The translations under genes were made by a program, and so were the position numbers. A stretch of 64,000 bases of DNA from Escherichia coli (GTDB lineage Bacteria; Pseudomonadota; Gammaproteobacteria; Enterobacterales; Enterobacteriaceae), in the NCBI RefSeq assembly GCF_041248615.1, contig NZ_CP158426.1; one strand, 5' to 3'. The notes beneath the pieces are model-generated. The model did no database searches. It was not told the origin of the DNA and saw only the letters and a program-made list of their open reading frames with translations. Below are positions 10,967-24,763 of the stretch, piece after piece (position 1 is the first letter of the stretch; the number at the start of each line of letters is the position of its first letter).

Positions 10967-11905
10967 ATGAGCACTATTCTTCTTCCGAAAACGCAACACC
11001 TGGTAGTCTTTCAGGAAGTCATTAGAAGTGGTTCTATCGGCTCGGCTGCAAAAGAATTAGGGTTAACTCAACCGGCTGTCAGTAAAATCATTAACGATAT
11101 TGAAGATTATTTTGGCGTGGAATTAGTGGTGCGGAAAAATACCGGTGTAACATTAACACCTGCCGGTCAATTGTTACTCTCCCGTTCCGAATCCATTACC
11201 CGTGAAATGAAAAATATGGTTAATGAGATAAGCGGTATGTCTTCTGAGGCGGTGGTGGAAGTCTCATTTGGTTTTCCTTCATTGATTGGTTTTACTTTTA
11301 TGTCAGGGATGATCAACAAGTTCAAAGAGGTGTTCCCGAAAGCGCAGGTTTCTATGTATGAAGCGCAACTGTCTTCGTTCTTACCGGCAATCCGCGACGG
11401 TCGACTGGATTTTGCGATTGGTACGTTAAGCGCAGAAATGAAGCTTCAGGATTTACATGTTGAGCCGCTGTTCGAGTCCGAGTTTGTGCTGGTAGCCAGT
11501 AAGTCCCGAACATGCACCGGCACCACCACGCTGGAGTCGTTGAAGAACGAACAGTGGGTGTTGCCACAAACCAATATGGGGTACTACAGCGAGCTACTTA
11601 CTACGTTACAAAGGAATGGCATCAGTATTGAAAACATCGTTAAAACCGACTCAGTCGTGACAATTTATAATCTTGTTCTCAATGCTGATTTCTTAACTGT
11701 AATTCCTTGTGATATGACATCACCTTTTGGTTCAAATCAATTTATTACTATTCCGGTTGAAGAAACATTACCTGTGGCACAATATGCCGCGGTATGGTCG
11801 AAAAATTATCGTATTAAAAAAGCAGCATCGGTTTTGGTGGAATTAGCCAAAGAGTATTCATCTTATAATGGGTGTAGACGAAGGCAATTAATTGAAGTTG
11901 GTTAG
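10967..11905 (+). CDS. tdcA: LysR-type transcriptional activator of the tdc operon
   Basis: 312 aa ORF with N-terminal LysR helix-turn-helix; first gene of tdcABCDEFG. Confidence 0.93.
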   Translation: MSTILLPKTQHLVVFQEVIRSGSIGSAAKELGLTQPAVSKIINDIEDYFGVELVVRKNTGVTLTPAGQLLLSRSESITREMKNMVNEISGMSSEAVVEVSFGFPSLIGFTFMSGMINKFKEVFPKAQVSMYEAQLSSFLPAIRDGRLDFAIGTLSAEMKLQDLHVEPLFESEFVLVASKSRTCTGTTTLESLKNEQWVLPQTNMGYYSELLTTLQRNGISIENIVKTDSVVTIYNLVLNADFLTVIPCDMTSPFGSNQFITIPVEETLPVAQYAAVWSKNYRIKKAASVLVELAKEYSSYNGCRRRQLIEVG

Positions 11906-12003
11906 TTATTTGTTTTTATTTAAACATAAATAATCCACCTGTCTGTTTTGCAGGTGTCGGTTACGGTTACCTACATATTTAATTCAGGCTAAGAGGTTTT
12001 ATA

Positions 12004-12993
12004 ATGCATATTACATACGATCTCCCGGTTGCTATTGATGACATCATTGAAGCTAAACAACGACTGGCTGGGCGAATTTATAAAACAGGCATGCCTCGCT
12101 CCAACTATTTTAGTGAACGTTGCAAAGGTGAAATATTCCTCAAATTCGAAAACATGCAGCGTACCGGTTCATTTAAAATTCGTGGCGCATTTAATAAATT
12201 AAGTTCACTGACCGATGCGGAAAAACGTAAAGGTGTAGTGGCCTGCTCTGCGGGCAACCATGCGCAAGGGGTTTCGCTCTCCTGCGCGATGCTGGGTATC
12301 GACGGTAAAGTGGTGATGCCAAAAGGCGCGCCGAAATCCAAAGTAGCGGCAACGTGCGACTACTCCGCAGAAGTCGTTCTGCATGGTGATAACTTCAACG
12401 ACACTATCGCTAAAGTGAGCGAAATTGTCGAAATGGAAGGCCGTATTTTTATCCCACCTTACGATGATCCGAAAGTGATTGCTGGCCAGGGAACGATTGG
12501 TCTGGAAATTATGGAAGATCTCTATGATGTCGATAACGTGATTGTGCCAATTGGTGGTGGCGGTTTAATTGCTGGTATTGCGGTGGCAATAAAATCTATT
12601 AACCCGACCATTCGTGTTATTGGCGTACAGTCAGAAAACGTTCACGGCATGGCGGCTTCTTTCCACTCCGGAGAAATAACCACGCACCGAACTACCGGCA
12701 CCCTGGCGGATGGTTGTGATGTCTCCCGCCCGGGTAATTTAACTTACGAAATCGTTCGTGAATTAGTCGATGACATCGTGCTGGTCAGCGAAGATGAAAT
12801 CAGAAACAGTATGATTGCCTTAATTCAGCGCAATAAAGTCGTCACCGAAGGCGCAGGCGCTCTGGCATGTGCTGCATTATTAAGCGGTAAATTAGACCAA
12901 TATATTCAAAACAGAAAAACCGTCAGTATTATTTCCGGCGGCAATATCGATCTTTCTCGCGTCTCTCAAATCACCGGTTTCGTTGACGCTTAA
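12004..12993 (+). CDS. tdcB: Catabolic threonine dehydratase (PLP-dependent)
   Basis: 329 aa ORF with PLP-lysine motif (SFKIRGA). Confidence 0.95.
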
Positions 12994-13011
12994 TTAATTC
13001 GTTGAGGATAG

Positions 13012-14346
<1,335 letters not shown>

Positions 14347-14371
14347 TCCGTAACTCAGGATGAGAAAAGAG

Positions 14372-15580
14372 ATGAATGAATTTCCGGTTGTTTTGGTTAT
14401 TAACTGTGGTTCGTCTTCGATTAAGTTTTCCGTGCTCGATGCCAGCGACTGTGAAGTATTAATGTCAGGTATTGCCGACGGTATTAACTCGGAAAATGCA
14501 TTCTTATCCGTAAATGGGGGAGAGCCAGCACCGCTGGCTCACCACAGCTACGAAGGTGCATTGAAGGCAATTGCATTTGAACTGGAAAAACGGAATTTAA
14601 ATGACAGCGTGGCCTTAATTGGCCACCGCATCGCTCACGGCGGCAGTATTTTTACCGAGTCCGCCATTATTACCGATGAAGTCATTGATAATATCCGTCG
14701 CGTTTCTCCACTGGCACCCCTGCATAATTACGCCAATTTAAGTGGTATTGAATCGGCGCAGCAATTATTTCCTGGCGTAACTCAGGTGGCGGTATTTGAT
14801 ACCAGTTTCCACCAGACGATGGCTCCGGAAGCTTATTTATACGGCCTGCCGTGGAAATATTATGAAGAGTTAGGTGTACGCCGTTATGGTTTCCACGGCA
14901 CGTCGCACCGCTATGTTTCCCAGCGCGCACATTCTTTGCTGAATCTGGCGGAAGATGACTCCGGCCTGGTTGTGGCGCATCTTGGCAATGGCGCGTCAAT
15001 CTGCGCAGTTCGCAACGGTCAGAGTGTTGACACTTCAATGGGAATGACGCCGCTGGAAGGCTTGATGATGGGTACCCGCAGTGGTGATGTCGACTTTGGT
15101 GCGATGTCCTGGGTCGCCAGCCAAACCAACCAGAGCCTGGGTGACCTGGAACGCGTAGTGAATAAAGAGTCGGGATTATTAGGTATTTCCGGTCTTTCTT
15201 CGGATTTACGTGTTCTGGAAAAAGCCTGGCATGAAGGTCACGAACGCGCGCAACTGGCAATTAAAACCTTTGTTCACCGAATTGCCCGTCATATTGCCGG
15301 ACACGCAGCCTCATTACGTCGCCTGGATGGAATTATATTCACCGGCGGAATAGGAGAAAATTCAAGTTTAATTCGTCGTCTGGTCATGGAACATTTGGCT
15401 GTATTAGGCGTAGAGATTGATACAGAAATGAATAATCGCTCTAACTCCTGTGGAGAGCGAATTGTTTCCAGTGAAAATGCCCGTGTCATTTGCGCCGTTA
15501 TCCCAACCAACGAAGAAAAAATGATTGCTTTGGATGCCATTCATTTAGGCAAAGTGAACGCGTCCGCAGAATTTGCATAA
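14372..15580 (+). CDS. tdcD: Propionate kinase
   Basis: Acetate/propionate kinase family; ORF track start 14360 trimmed to MNEFPVVLV... (402 aa). Confidence 0.9.
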   Translation: MNEFPVVLVINCGSSSIKFSVLDASDCEVLMSGIADGINSENAFLSVNGGEPAPLAHHSYEGALKAIAFELEKRNLNDSVALIGHRIAHGGSIFTESAIITDEVIDNIRRVSPLAPLHNYANLSGIESAQQLFPGVTQVAVFDTSFHQTMAPEAYLYGLPWKYYEELGVRRYGFHGTSHRYVSQRAHSLLNLAEDDSGLVVAHLGNGASICAVRNGQSVDTSMGMTPLEGLMMGTRSGDVDFGAMSWVASQTNQSLGDLERVVNKESGLLGISGLSSDLRVLEKAWHEGHERAQLAIKTFVHRIARHIAGHAASLRRLDGIIFTGGIGENSSLIRRLVMEHLAVLGVEIDTEMNNRSNSCGERIVSSENARVICAVIPTNEEKMIALDAIHLGKVNASAEFA

Positions 15581-15613
15581 TTTAGTTGAAGTATTGTAGA
15601 GAGATTATTTTTC

Positions 15614-17908
15614 ATGAAGGTAGATATTGATACCAGCGATAAGCTGTACGCCGACGCATGGCTTGGCTTTAAAGGTACGGACTGGAAAAACGAAATTAAT
15701 GTCCGCGATTTTATTCAACATAACTATACACCGTATGAAGGCGATGAATCTTTCCTCGCTGAAGCGACGCCAGCCACCACGGAATTGTGGGAAAAGGTGA
15801 TGGAAGGCATTCGTATTGAAAACGCAACCCACGCGCCGGTTGATTTCGATACCAATATTGCCACCACCATTACCGCTCATGATGCGGGATATATTAACCA
15901 GCCGCTGGAAAAAATAGTGGGCCTGCAAACGGATGCGCCATTAAAGCGTGCGCTGCATCCGTTCGGTGGCATTAATATGATTAAAAGTTCATTCCACGCC
16001 TATGGCCGTGAAATGGACAGTGAATTTGAATATCTGTTTACCGATCTGCGTAAAACCCATAATCAGGGCGTATTTGATGTTTACTCACCGGATATGCTGC
16101 GCTGCCGTAAATCGGGTGTACTGACTGGTTTGCCAGATGGTTATGGCCGTGGGCGCATTATCGGTGACTACCGCCGCGTGGCGCTGTATGGCATCAGTTA
16201 TCTGGTGCGTGAACGCGAACTGCAATTTGCCGATCTCCAGTCCCGTCTGGAAAAAGGCGAGGATCTGGAAGCCACTATCCGTCTGCGTGAGGAGCTGGCA
16301 GAGCATCGTCATGCGCTGTTGCAGATTCAGGAAATGGCGGCGAAATATGGCTTTGATGTCTCTCGCCCGGCGCAGAATGCGCAGGAAGCGGTGCAGTGGC
16401 TCTACTTCGCTTACCTGGCGGCAGTGAAATCACAGAACGGCGGCGCGATGTCGCTGGGTCGCACGGCATCGTTCCTCGATATCTACATTGAGCGCGACTT
16501 TAAAGCTGGCGTACTCAATGAGCAGCAGGCACAGGAACTGATCGATCACTTCATCATGAAGATCCGTATGGTACGCTTCCTGCGTACACCGGAATTTGAT
16601 TCGCTGTTCTCCGGCGACCCAATCTGGGCGACGGAAGTGATCGGCGGGATGGGGCTGGACGGTCGTACGCTGGTGACCAAAAACTCCTTCCGCTATTTGC
16701 ACACCCTGCACACTATGGGGCCTGCACCGGAACCTAACCTGACCATTCTTTGGTCGGAAGAATTACCGATTGCCTTCAAAAAATATGCCGCGCAGGTGTC
16801 GATCGTCACCTCTTCCTTGCAGTATGAAAACGACGATCTGATGCGTACTGACTTCAACAGCGACGATTACGCGATTGCCTGCTGCGTCAGCCCAATGGTG
16901 ATTGGTAAGCAGATGCAGTTCTTTGGTGCGCGCGCTAACCTGGCGAAAACACTGCTGTACGCAATTAACGGCGGGGTGGATGAGAAGCTGAAGATTCAGG
17001 TCGGGCCGAAAACAGCACCATTGATGGACGACGTGCTGGACTACGACAAAGTGATGGACAGCCTCGATCATTTCATGGACTGGCTGGCAGTGCAGTACAT
17101 CAGCGCGCTGAATATCATCCACTACATGCACGACAAGTACAGCTATGAAGCCTCGCTGATGGCGCTGCACGATCGTGATGTTTATCGCACGATGGCTTGC
17201 GGCATCGCGGGTCTGTCGGTGGCGACGGACTCCCTGTCTGCCATCAAATATGCCCGCGTGAAACCGATCCGTGACGAAAACGGCCTGGCGGTGGATTTCG
17301 AAATCGACGGCGAATATCCGCAGTATGGCAACAACGACGAGCGCGTAGACAGCATTGCCTGCGATCTGGTTGAACGCTTTATGAAGAAAATTAAAGCGCT
17401 GCCAACCTATCGCAACGCCGTCCCTACCCAGTCGATTCTGACTATCACTTCTAACGTGGTGTACGGCCAGAAAACCGGTAACACGCCAGACGGTCGTCGT
17501 GCGGGTACACCGTTCGCACCGGGCGCTAACCCGATGCACGGTCGTGACCGCAAAGGTGCGGTAGCCTCGCTGACGTCGGTGGCGAAACTGCCGTTCACCT
17601 ACGCCAAAGACGGGATCTCGTACACCTTCTCGATCGTGCCTGCGGCGCTGGGCAAAGAAGATCCAGTACGTAAAACCAACCTTGTCGGCCTGCTGGATGG
17701 GTATTTCCACCACGAAGCGGATGTCGAAGGCGGTCAACACCTCAACGTCAACGTAATGAATAGGGAAATGCTGCTGGATGCCATCGAGCACCCGGAAAAA
17801 TATCCTAACCTGACAATCCGTGTCTCTGGCTACGCCGTGCGCTTCAACGCACTGACCCGTGAACAGCAACAGGATGTTATTTCACGTACTTTTACCCAGG
17901 CGCTCTGA
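15614..17908 (+). CDS. tdcE: 2-ketobutyrate/pyruvate formate-lyase (glycyl radical enzyme)
   Basis: 764 aa ORF ending with the glycyl-radical motif RVSGYAVRF. Confidence 0.95.
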   Translation: MKVDIDTSDKLYADAWLGFKGTDWKNEINVRDFIQHNYTPYEGDESFLAEATPATTELWEKVMEGIRIENATHAPVDFDTNIATTITAHDAGYINQPLEKIVGLQTDAPLKRALHPFGGINMIKSSFHAYGREMDSEFEYLFTDLRKTHNQGVFDVYSPDMLRCRKSGVLTGLPDGYGRGRIIGDYRRVALYGISYLVRERELQFADLQSRLEKGEDLEATIRLREELAEHRHALLQIQEMAAKYGFDVSRPAQNAQEAVQWLYFAYLAAVKSQNGGAMSLGRTASFLDIYIERDFKAGVLNEQQAQELIDHFIMKIRMVRFLRTPEFDSLFSGDPIWATEVIGGMGLDGRTLVTKNSFRYLHTLHTMGPAPEPNLTILWSEELPIAFKKYAAQVSIVTSSLQYENDDLMRTDFNSDDYAIACCVSPMVIGKQMQFFGARANLAKTLLYAINGGVDEKLKIQVGPKTAPLMDDVLDYDKVMDSLDHFMDWLAVQYISALNIIHYMHDKYSYEASLMALHDRDVYRTMACGIAGLSVATDSLSAIKYARVKPIRDENGLAVDFEIDGEYPQYGNNDERVDSIACDLVERFMKKIKALPTYRNAVPTQSILTITSNVVYGQKTGNTPDGRRAGTPFAPGANPMHGRDRKGAVASLTSVAKLPFTYAKDGISYTFSIVPAALGKEDPVRKTNLVGLLDGYFHHEADVEGGQHLNVNVMNREMLLDAIEHPEKYPNLTIRVSGYAVRFNALTREQQQDVISRTFTQAL

Positions 17909-17921
17909 CGCCGGAGGATGT

Positions 17922-18311
17922 ATGAAAAAGATTATCGAAACGCAACGTGCCCCAGGCGCAATCGGCCCTTATGTTCAGGGCGTTGATTTAGGCAGCATGG
18001 TCTTCACCTCCGGGCAAATTCCGGTTTGCCCACAAACCGGTGAGATCCCGGCTGATGTGCAAGATCAGGCGCGTTTAAGCCTCGAAAACGTCAAAGCGAT
18101 CGTGGTTGCTGCCGGGCTGAGCGTGGGCGATATCATCAAGATGACCGTGTTCATCACCGATCTGAATGATTTTGCCACCATCAACGAAGTCTATAAGCAG
18201 TTCTTCGATGAGCATCAGGCGACCTACCCGACCCGGAGCTGTGTACAGGTCGCGCGTTTGCCGAAAGATGTGAAGCTGGAAATTGAAGCCATCGCAGTAC
18301 GTAGTGCGTAA
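17922..18311 (+). CDS. tdcF: RidA-family enamine/imine deaminase
   Basis: 129 aa from ATG at 17922 with GGAGG Shine-Dalgarno upstream; YjgF/RidA fold; ORF track start 17859 overlaps the tdcE 3' end. Confidence 0.9.
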   Translation: MKKIIETQRAPGAIGPYVQGVDLGSMVFTSGQIPVCPQTGEIPADVQDQARLSLENVKAIVVAAGLSVGDIIKMTVFITDLNDFATINEVYKQFFDEHQATYPTRSCVQVARLPKDVKLEIEAIAVRSA

Positions 18312-18382
18312 AGCCTCGTGAGCGGGACGGTCGCAAGGTCGTTCCGCTCCACTTCACTGAACGGCAATCCGAGGGTGTGGAT

Positions 18383-19747
18383 ATGATTAGTGCATTCGAT
18401 ATTTTCAAAATTGGGATTGGTCCCTCCAGTTCGCATACCGTGGGGCCAATGAATGCCGGAAAAAGTTTTATTGATCGGCTGGAAAGTAGCGGCTTATTAA
18501 CCGCGACGAGCCATATTGTGGTCGATCTGTACGGGTCGTTGTCACTGACGGGCAAAGGCCATGCCACGGATGTCGCCATTATCATGGGACTGGCAGGAAA
18601 CAGTCCGCAGGATGTTGTCATTGATGAGATCCCTGCATTTATAGAGTTAGTAACGCGCAGCGGGCGGCTGCCAGTGGCATCTGGTGCGCATATTGTTGAT
18701 TTTCCTGTAGCAAAGAACATTATCTTCCATCCCGAAATGTTGCCTCGCCATGAGAACGGAATGCGGATCACTGCCTGGAAGGGACAGGAAGCGCTATTAA
18801 GTAAAACCTATTACTCTGTCGGCGGCGGGTTTATTGTCGAAGAAGAACACTTCGGCCTGTCGCACGATGTCGAAACGTCCGTACCTTACGATTTCCACTC
18901 AGCAGGTGAACTGCTGAAAATGTGTGATTACAACGGCCTGTCTATATCTGGCCTGATGATGCACAACGAGCTGGCGCTGCGCAGCAAAGCGGAAATTGAC
19001 GCAGGGTTTGCCCGTATCTGGCAAGTGATGCATGACGGTATTGAACGCGGGATGAACACTGAAGGCGTGCTGCCTGGTCCGCTCAATGTGCCGCGTCGTG
19101 CCGTAGCGCTGCGTCGTCAGCTGGTTTCCAGCGATAACATCTCTAACGATCCGATGAATGTCATCGACTGGATCAATATGTACGCGCTGGCGGTTAGTGA
19201 AGAAAACGCAGCTGGCGGGCGCGTGGTGACGGCACCGACTAACGGTGCGTGCGGCATTATTCCGGCAGTGCTGGCTTATTACGATAAGTTCCGTCGTCCG
19301 GTAAACGAGCGGTCAATTGCCCGCTATTTTCTGGCAGCGGGGGCTATTGGCGCGCTGTATAAAATGAACGCCTCCATCTCTGGCGCGGAAGTCGGCTGTC
19401 AGGGGGAGATTGGCGTGGCCTGTTCAATGGCGGCGGCAGGGTTAACTGAACTACTGGGCGGCAGTCCGGCGCAGGTATGCAATGCGGCGGAAATCGCGAT
19501 GGAGCATAATCTTGGGCTGACCTGCGATCCGGTTGCCGGACAGGTACAAATCCCGTGCATTGAACGTAATGCCATTAATGCCGTGAAAGCAGTAAACGCC
19601 GCGCGGATGGCGATGCGCCGCACCTCGGCACCGCGTGTTTCACTCGATAAAGTGATCGAGACGATGTATGAAACCGGCAAAGATATGAACGATAAATACC
19701 GCGAAACATCACGCGGAGGACTGGCCATTAAAGTGGTCTGCGGCTGA
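18383..19747 (+). CDS. tdcG: L-serine dehydratase (4Fe-4S)
   Basis: 454 aa from [23 protein letters not shown]...; last gene of the tdc operon. Confidence 0.92.
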   Translation: MISAFDIFKIGIGPSSSHTVGPMNAGKSFIDRLESSGLLTATSHIVVDLYGSLSLTGKGHATDVAIIMGLAGNSPQDVVIDEIPAFIELVTRSGRLPVASGAHIVDFPVAKNIIFHPEMLPRHENGMRITAWKGQEALLSKTYYSVGGGFIVEEEHFGLSHDVETSVPYDFHSAGELLKMCDYNGLSISGLMMHNELALRSKAEIDAGFARIWQVMHDGIERGMNTEGVLPGPLNVPRRAVALRRQLVSSDNISNDPMNVIDWINMYALAVSEENAAGGRVVTAPTNGACGIIPAVLAYYDKFRRPVNERSIARYFLAAGAIGALYKMNASISGAEVGCQGEIGVACSMAAAGLTELLGGSPAQVCNAAEIAMEHNLGLTCDPVAGQVQIPCIERNAINAVKAVNAARMAMRRTSAPRVSLDKVIETMYETGKDMNDKYRETSRGGLAIKVVCG

Positions 19748-19771
19748 CATTACTGTCAGCTTTCATCCTTG

Positions 19772-19797
19772 GGTGCACAAATGTGCACCTTTTTTTT
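19772..19797 (+). terminator. Rho-independent terminator after tdcG
   Basis: Stem ggtgcac-aaa-tgtgcacc followed by T8. Confidence 0.65.
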
Positions 19798-20021
19798 GTG
19801 ATCTGCCGCAAATAGAGAATGAATATTCTCTTGCAGTTAATTTAGTAGAAAATTCTTATCCATCTCCGTTATTTCAAAGTCTTGATTGTGAAGATTTTCT
19901 CTGACCTCGCGCGTATCATTTCTTTATTCTAATAACTCGCCTGCAAAAACGTAGACCGCATATCGCCTTGATGCGGCTCGGAAAAAAATAATAAGCCCTA
20001 CAAAATATTGAGCGAGAAATT

Positions 20022-21353
20022 ATGGAAATTGCATCGAATAAAGGCGTCATTGCAGACGCTTCGACCCCGGCGGGTCGTGCTGGAATGAGTGAGAGCGAGT
20101 GGCGAGAAGCGATCAAATTCGACAGTACTGACACCGGCTGGGTGATTATGAGTATCGGGATGGCGATTGGCGCGGGGATTGTTTTTCTCCCGGTGCAGGT
20201 CGGTTTGATGGGATTGTGGGTATTTTTGCTCTCATCGGTGATTGGTTACCCGGCAATGTATCTGTTTCAGCGGTTGTTTATTAATACGCTGGCAGAATCA
20301 CCAGAATGTAAAGATTACCCGAGCGTCATTAGCGGTTATTTAGGTAAAAACTGGGGCATCCTGTTAGGTGCACTCTATTTCGTAATGCTGGTGATTTGGA
20401 TGTTCGTCTATTCCACCGCCATCACCAACGATAGTGCTTCCTACCTGCATACCTTCGGCGTGACGGAAGGGTTGCTGTCAGACAGTCCCTTTTATGGTCT
20501 GGTACTGATTTGCATTCTGGTGGCGATCTCCTCACGCGGCGAGAAATTGTTATTTAAAATTTCGACCGGCATGGTGCTGACCAAGCTGCTGGTGGTCGCG
20601 GCGCTGGGCGTGTCGATGGTGGGAATGTGGCATCTGTATAACGTCGGTTCGCTACCGCCGCTGGGGCTGCTGGTGAAAAACGCCATTATTACGCTGCCGT
20701 TTACCCTGACGTCGATTCTGTTTATCCAGACGTTAAGCCCGATGGTGATCTCTTATCGCTCGCGGGAAAAATCAATTGAAGTGGCGCGGCATAAAGCATT
20801 GCGGGCAATGAATATCGCGTTTGGCATTTTGTTTGTCACCGTCTTTTTCTACGCCGTGTCGTTCACGCTGGCGATGGGACATGACGAAGCGGTAAAAGCC
20901 TACGAGCAGAATATTTCCGCGCTGGCGATTGCCGCACAGTTTATTAGCGGTGACGGCGCAGCGTGGGTGAAAGTGGTCAGCGTCATTCTCAATATCTTTG
21001 CTGTCATGACTGCATTCTTTGGCGTCTATTTAGGCTTTCGCGAAGCAACGCAAGGGATCGTAATGAACATCCTGCGTCGCAAGATACCTGCCGAGAAGAT
21101 TAACGAAAATCTCGTTCAGCGCGGCATCATGATTTTCGCCATTTTGCTGGCCTGGAGCGCCATCGTACTGAACGCCCCGGTGTTGAGCTTCACCTCTATC
21201 TGTAGCCCGATTTTCGGCATGGTAGGGTGCCTGATCCCGGCGTGGCTGGTTTACAAAGTACCGGCATTGCACAAATACAAAGGGATGTCTCTGTACCTGA
21301 TTATCGTCACTGGTTTGTTGCTTTGTGTTTCTCCGTTCCTGGCATTTTCTTGA
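20022..21353 (+). CDS. cyuP: Cysteine/serine transporter (YhaO)
   Basis: 443 aa polytopic membrane ORF upstream of cyuA. Confidence 0.88.
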   Translation: MEIASNKGVIADASTPAGRAGMSESEWREAIKFDSTDTGWVIMSIGMAIGAGIVFLPVQVGLMGLWVFLLSSVIGYPAMYLFQRLFINTLAESPECKDYPSVISGYLGKNWGILLGALYFVMLVIWMFVYSTAITNDSASYLHTFGVTEGLLSDSPFYGLVLICILVAISSRGEKLLFKISTGMVLTKLLVVAALGVSMVGMWHLYNVGSLPPLGLLVKNAIITLPFTLTSILFIQTLSPMVISYRSREKSIEVARHKALRAMNIAFGILFVTVFFYAVSFTLAMGHDEAVKAYEQNISALAIAAQFISGDGAAWVKVVSVILNIFAVMTAFFGVYLGFREATQGIVMNILRRKIPAEKINENLVQRGIMIFAILLAWSAIVLNAPVLSFTSICSPIFGMVGCLIPAWLVYKVPALHKYKGMSLYLIIVTGLLLCVSPFLAFS

Positions 21354-21380
21354 TTTACCTGAAATTTTAAGGTTTTTAAT

Positions 21381-22691
21381 ATGTTTGATTCGACTTTAAA
21401 TCCGTTATGGCAGCGTTACATCCTCGCCGTTCAGGAGGAGGTAAAACCGGCGCTGGGGTGTACTGAACCGATTTCACTGGCGCTGGCGGCGGCGGTTGCT
21501 GCGGCAGAACTGGAAGGTCCGGTTGAACGTGTAGAAGCCTGGGTTTCGCCAAATCTGATGAAGAACGGTCTGGGCGTCACCGTTCCCGGTACGGGAATGG
21601 TGGGGCTGCCAATTGCGGCGGCGCTGGGAGCGTTAGGTGGAAATGCTAACGCCGGGCTGGAAGTGCTGAAAGACGCAACTGCGCAGGCAATTGCCGATGC
21701 CAAAGCACTGCTGGCGGCGGGGAAAGTCTCAGTTAAGATCCAGGAACCTTGCGATGAAATCCTCTTCTCACGCGCCAAAGTCTGGAACGGTGATAAGTGG
21801 GCGTGTGTCACCATTGTCGGCGGGCATACCAACATTGTGCATATTGAGACGCACAATGGTGTGGTGTTTACCCAGCAGGCGTGTGTGACAGAGGGCGAGC
21901 AAGAGTCGCCGCTGACGGTGCTTTCCAGGACGACGCTGGCTGAGATCCTGAAGTTCGTCAATGAAGTCCCGTTTGCGGCGATCCGCTTTATTCTCGATTC
22001 TGCGAAGTTAAATTGTGCGTTATCGCAGGAAGGTTTGAGCGGTAACTGGGGGCTGCATATTGGTGCGACGCTGGAAAAACAGTGCGCGCGCGGTTTGCTG
22101 GCGAAAGATCTCTCTTCATCCATTGTGATTCGTACCAGCGCGGCATCCGATGCGCGTATGGGCGGCGCTACGCTTCCGGCAATGAGTAACTCCGGCTCGG
22201 GTAACCAGGGGATCACCGCAACAATGCCTGTGGTGGTGGTAGCAGAACACTTCGGAGCGGATGATGAACGGCTGGCGCGTGCGCTGATGCTTTCGCATTT
22301 GAGCGCGATTTACATCCATAACCAGTTACCGCGTTTGTCTGCGCTTTGTGCCGCAACGACCGCAGCAATGGGGGCCGCCGCCGGGATGGCATGGCTGGTG
22401 GATGGGCGTTATGAAACCATTTCGATGGCGATCAGCAGTATGATCGGCGATGTCAGCGGCATGATTTGCGATGGTGCGTCGAACAGCTGCGCGATGAAGG
22501 TTTCGACCAGTGCTTCGGCTGCGTGGAAAGCGGTGTTAATGGCGCTGGATGATACCGCCGTGACCGGCAATGAAGGGATCGTGGCGCATGATGTTGAGCA
22601 GTCGATTGCCAACCTGTGTGCGTTAGCAAGCCATTCGATGCAGCAAACGGATCGGCAGATTATCGAGATTATGGCGAGCAAGGCCAGATAA
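21381..22691 (+). CDS. cyuA: L-cysteine desulfidase (YhaM)
   Basis: 436 aa ORF, UPF0597/serine dehydratase-like family, downstream of cyuP. Confidence 0.88.
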   Translation: MFDSTLNPLWQRYILAVQEEVKPALGCTEPISLALAAAVAAAELEGPVERVEAWVSPNLMKNGLGVTVPGTGMVGLPIAAALGALGGNANAGLEVLKDATAQAIADAKALLAAGKVSVKIQEPCDEILFSRAKVWNGDKWACVTIVGGHTNIVHIETHNGVVFTQQACVTEGEQESPLTVLSRTTLAEILKFVNEVPFAAIRFILDSAKLNCALSQEGLSGNWGLHIGATLEKQCARGLLAKDLSSSIVIRTSAASDARMGGATLPAMSNSGSGNQGITATMPVVVVAEHFGADDERLARALMLSHLSAIYIHNQLPRLSALCAATTAAMGAAAGMAWLVDGRYETISMAISSMIGDVSGMICDGASNSCAMKVSTSASAAWKAVLMALDDTAVTGNEGIVAHDVEQSIANLCALASHSMQQTDRQIIEIMASKAR

Positions 22692-22710
22692 ACGCCAGGT
22701 TTTGGGTATC

Positions 22711-22818
<108 letters not shown>

Positions 22819-22823
22819 TGTCT

Positions 22824-22988
22824 TTACGCGGTAGCTTCATCCTCGGCTAAACGCGTTTCAGCATCCGCGACGATGGCTTCCAGCTCGCTCAACATCTCTT
22901 CATAGCCAAAATTATTGGCGGTGCGAGCAGGTTCTTTCGCCACCACGGGCTTCACTGGCTGACGCTTTTTGGCCGATTTTTTACTCAT
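22824..22988 (-). CDS. yhaL: Small protein YhaL (54 aa)
   Basis: Absent from the ORF track (below its size cut-off); hand translation of the minus strand gives M(MM)SKKSAKKRQPVKPVVAKEPARTANNFGYEEMLSELEAIVADAETRLAEDEATA with AGGGAG Shine-Dalgarno. Confidence 0.7.
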   Translation of the reverse strand: MSKKSAKKRQPVKPVVAKEPARTANNFGYEEMLSELEAIVADAETRLAEDEATA

Positions 22989-23010
22989 CATCATCTCCCT
23001 GTAAAAACAA

Positions 23011-23712
23011 CTAGACAGGCAAATCTATCAGCAAAGCGCGCAGTGGGGAATCGGCAACCAGCGTAATGTTAGCCTCGTCACGAATAAACGCCCCATCACC
23101 GCAGGTCAGCGCCGCTTTCTCTTCATGATGCGTAAGTGCATGAAATTTCCCGTGAATCGATTGCAAATACGCGCGTGGCCCATGCAACTGGAAATTCGCA
23201 CTTTCGCCTTTGTCGAGCACAATATGATGCAGCCACACTTGCTGGCGCAATTGCAGGCTTCCCATCGCACCCTCTGGCGAGGCGATTAATTGCTGCTTGT
23301 CCATATTAAGCGCCAGCTTTTGAATCAGTGGATTCTCTCGCTGCGGGCAGGCATCCAGCCAAAGCTGCATTCGCGTTAACGGTTTGTCTTTGCTGAGATT
23401 GTGTTCGCTATAGCTGACACCCGGCTGGGTAGAGAGCAGCAACACCTCACCAGCGCTGGCCTGAACATGATTGCCTTCGCTGTCGCGATACTCTGCTTCT
23501 CCATCCAGAATCACATTTAAAATATCGACTTTGGGATAGGTTCGCGGCTGAAAGGCGGCACCTGGGGCCAGCACTTCCTGGTTAAGCACGCGCAGGGAGG
23601 CATAGCCTAACAATTTCGGGTCGAAGTAGTGTCCAAAGGAAAAAGTATACCGGGCCTGCAACCATCCGTAGTCTGCTTGTCCACACTGCCTGGCAGTTCG
23701 GGTAGTAATCAT
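23011..23712 (-). CDS. yhaK: Pirin-like bicupin protein
   Basis: 233 aa ORF, divergent from yhaJ. Confidence 0.88.
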   Translation of the reverse strand: MITTRTARQCGQADYGWLQARYTFSFGHYFDPKLLGYASLRVLNQEVLAPGAAFQPRTYPKVDILNVILDGEAEYRDSEGNHVQASAGEVLLLSTQPGVSYSEHNLSKDKPLTRMQLWLDACPQRENPLIQKLALNMDKQQLIASPEGAMGSLQLRQQVWLHHIVLDKGESANFQLHGPRAYLQSIHGKFHALTHHEEKAALTCGDGAFIRDEANITLVADSPLRALLIDLPV

Positions 23713-23816
23713 AATTCTTGACCTCTCTTTACTTCCTTTTATGGTAAGGGGCTGGACGCTACATTGTTAGCCAGATATTCTGCCCGGTATGTTCAAATTT
23801 CCTGAATGAGAACGAA

Positions 23817-24713
23817 ATGGCCAAAGAAAGGGCATTAACGCTGGAAGCACTACGGGTTATGGATGCGATCGATCGCCGGGGCAGTTTTGCGGCGGCGGCG
23901 GATGAGCTGGGACGCGTGCCTTCCGCACTTAGCTACACCATGCAAAAACTGGAAGAAGAGCTGGATGTGGTGCTGTTTGACCGCTCGGGCCATCGCACCA
24001 AATTCACTAATGTCGGGAGGATGTTGCTGGAGCGAGGGCGCGTTTTGCTGGAAGCCGCAGATAAACTGACTACCGATGCGGAAGCCCTCGCGCGCGGTTG
24101 GGAAACGCATCTCACCATTGTGACCGAGGCGCTGGTACCGACACCTGCCTTATTCCCGTTAATCGACAAACTGGCGGCAAAAGCCAATACCCAACTGGCA
24201 ATCATCACCGAAGTGCTGGCGGGGGCGTGGGAACGACTGGAGCAGGGGCGGGCGGATATCGTTATCGCGCCGGATATGCATTTTCGTTCCTCGTCGGAGA
24301 TCAACTCGCGCAAGCTCTATACCTTAATGAACGTCTACGTTGCCGCGCCTGATCACCCGATTCATCAGGAGCCGGAACCGTTATCTGAAGTGACGCGCGT
24401 GAAATATCGTGGAATTGCGGTAGCGGATACCGCTCGTGAGCGCCCGGTGTTGACCGTACAGCTGCTGGACAAACAGCCGCGCTTAACGGTGAGCACGATT
24501 GAAGATAAACGTCAGGCATTACTGGCGGGGCTTGGCGTGGCGACGATGCCGTATCCGATGGTCGAAAAAGATATTGCGGAAGGGCGGTTGCGTGTCGTCA
24601 GCCCGGAATCGACCAGCGAGATCGATATTATTATGGCCTGGCGTCGTGACAGTATGGGGGAAGCGAAATCCTGGTGTCTGCGGGAAATTCCCAAACTTTT
24701 TAGCGGAAAATAA
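23817..24713 (+). CDS. yhaJ: LysR-type transcriptional regulator
   Basis: 298 aa ORF with N-terminal LysR helix-turn-helix. Confidence 0.9.
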   Translation: MAKERALTLEALRVMDAIDRRGSFAAAADELGRVPSALSYTMQKLEEELDVVLFDRSGHRTKFTNVGRMLLERGRVLLEAADKLTTDAEALARGWETHLTIVTEALVPTPALFPLIDKLAAKANTQLAIITEVLAGAWERLEQGRADIVIAPDMHFRSSSEINSRKLYTLMNVYVAAPDHPIHQEPEPLSEVTRVKYRGIAVADTARERPVLTVQLLDKQPRLTVSTIEDKRQALLAGLGVATMPYPMVEKDIAEGRLRVVSPESTSEIDIIMAWRRDSMGEAKSWCLREIPKLFSGK

Positions 24714-24729
24714 TATTTGTTATTGTTAA

Positions 24730-24754
24730 TAAAAAGGGGCGAAATATCGCCCCA
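24730..24754 (-). terminator. Putative rho-independent terminator downstream of yhaI
   Basis: Stem ggggcga/tcgcccc with the T-run on the minus strand; coordinates approximate. Confidence 0.5.
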
Positions 24755-24763
24755 ATTCTAAGA

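Noticed and set aside
16763-17869. 368 aa ORF antisense to tdcE
   Set aside because: Lies entirely inside the well-supported tdcE frame on the opposite strand; Arg/His-rich low-complexity translation typical of a shadow ORF.
14682-22216. Other 190-260 aa antisense ORFs (14682..15260, 18181..18771, 21431..22216) and 48007..48615 opposite rlmG
   Set aside because: All are embedded in confidently assigned genes on the other strand and lack start-site signals.
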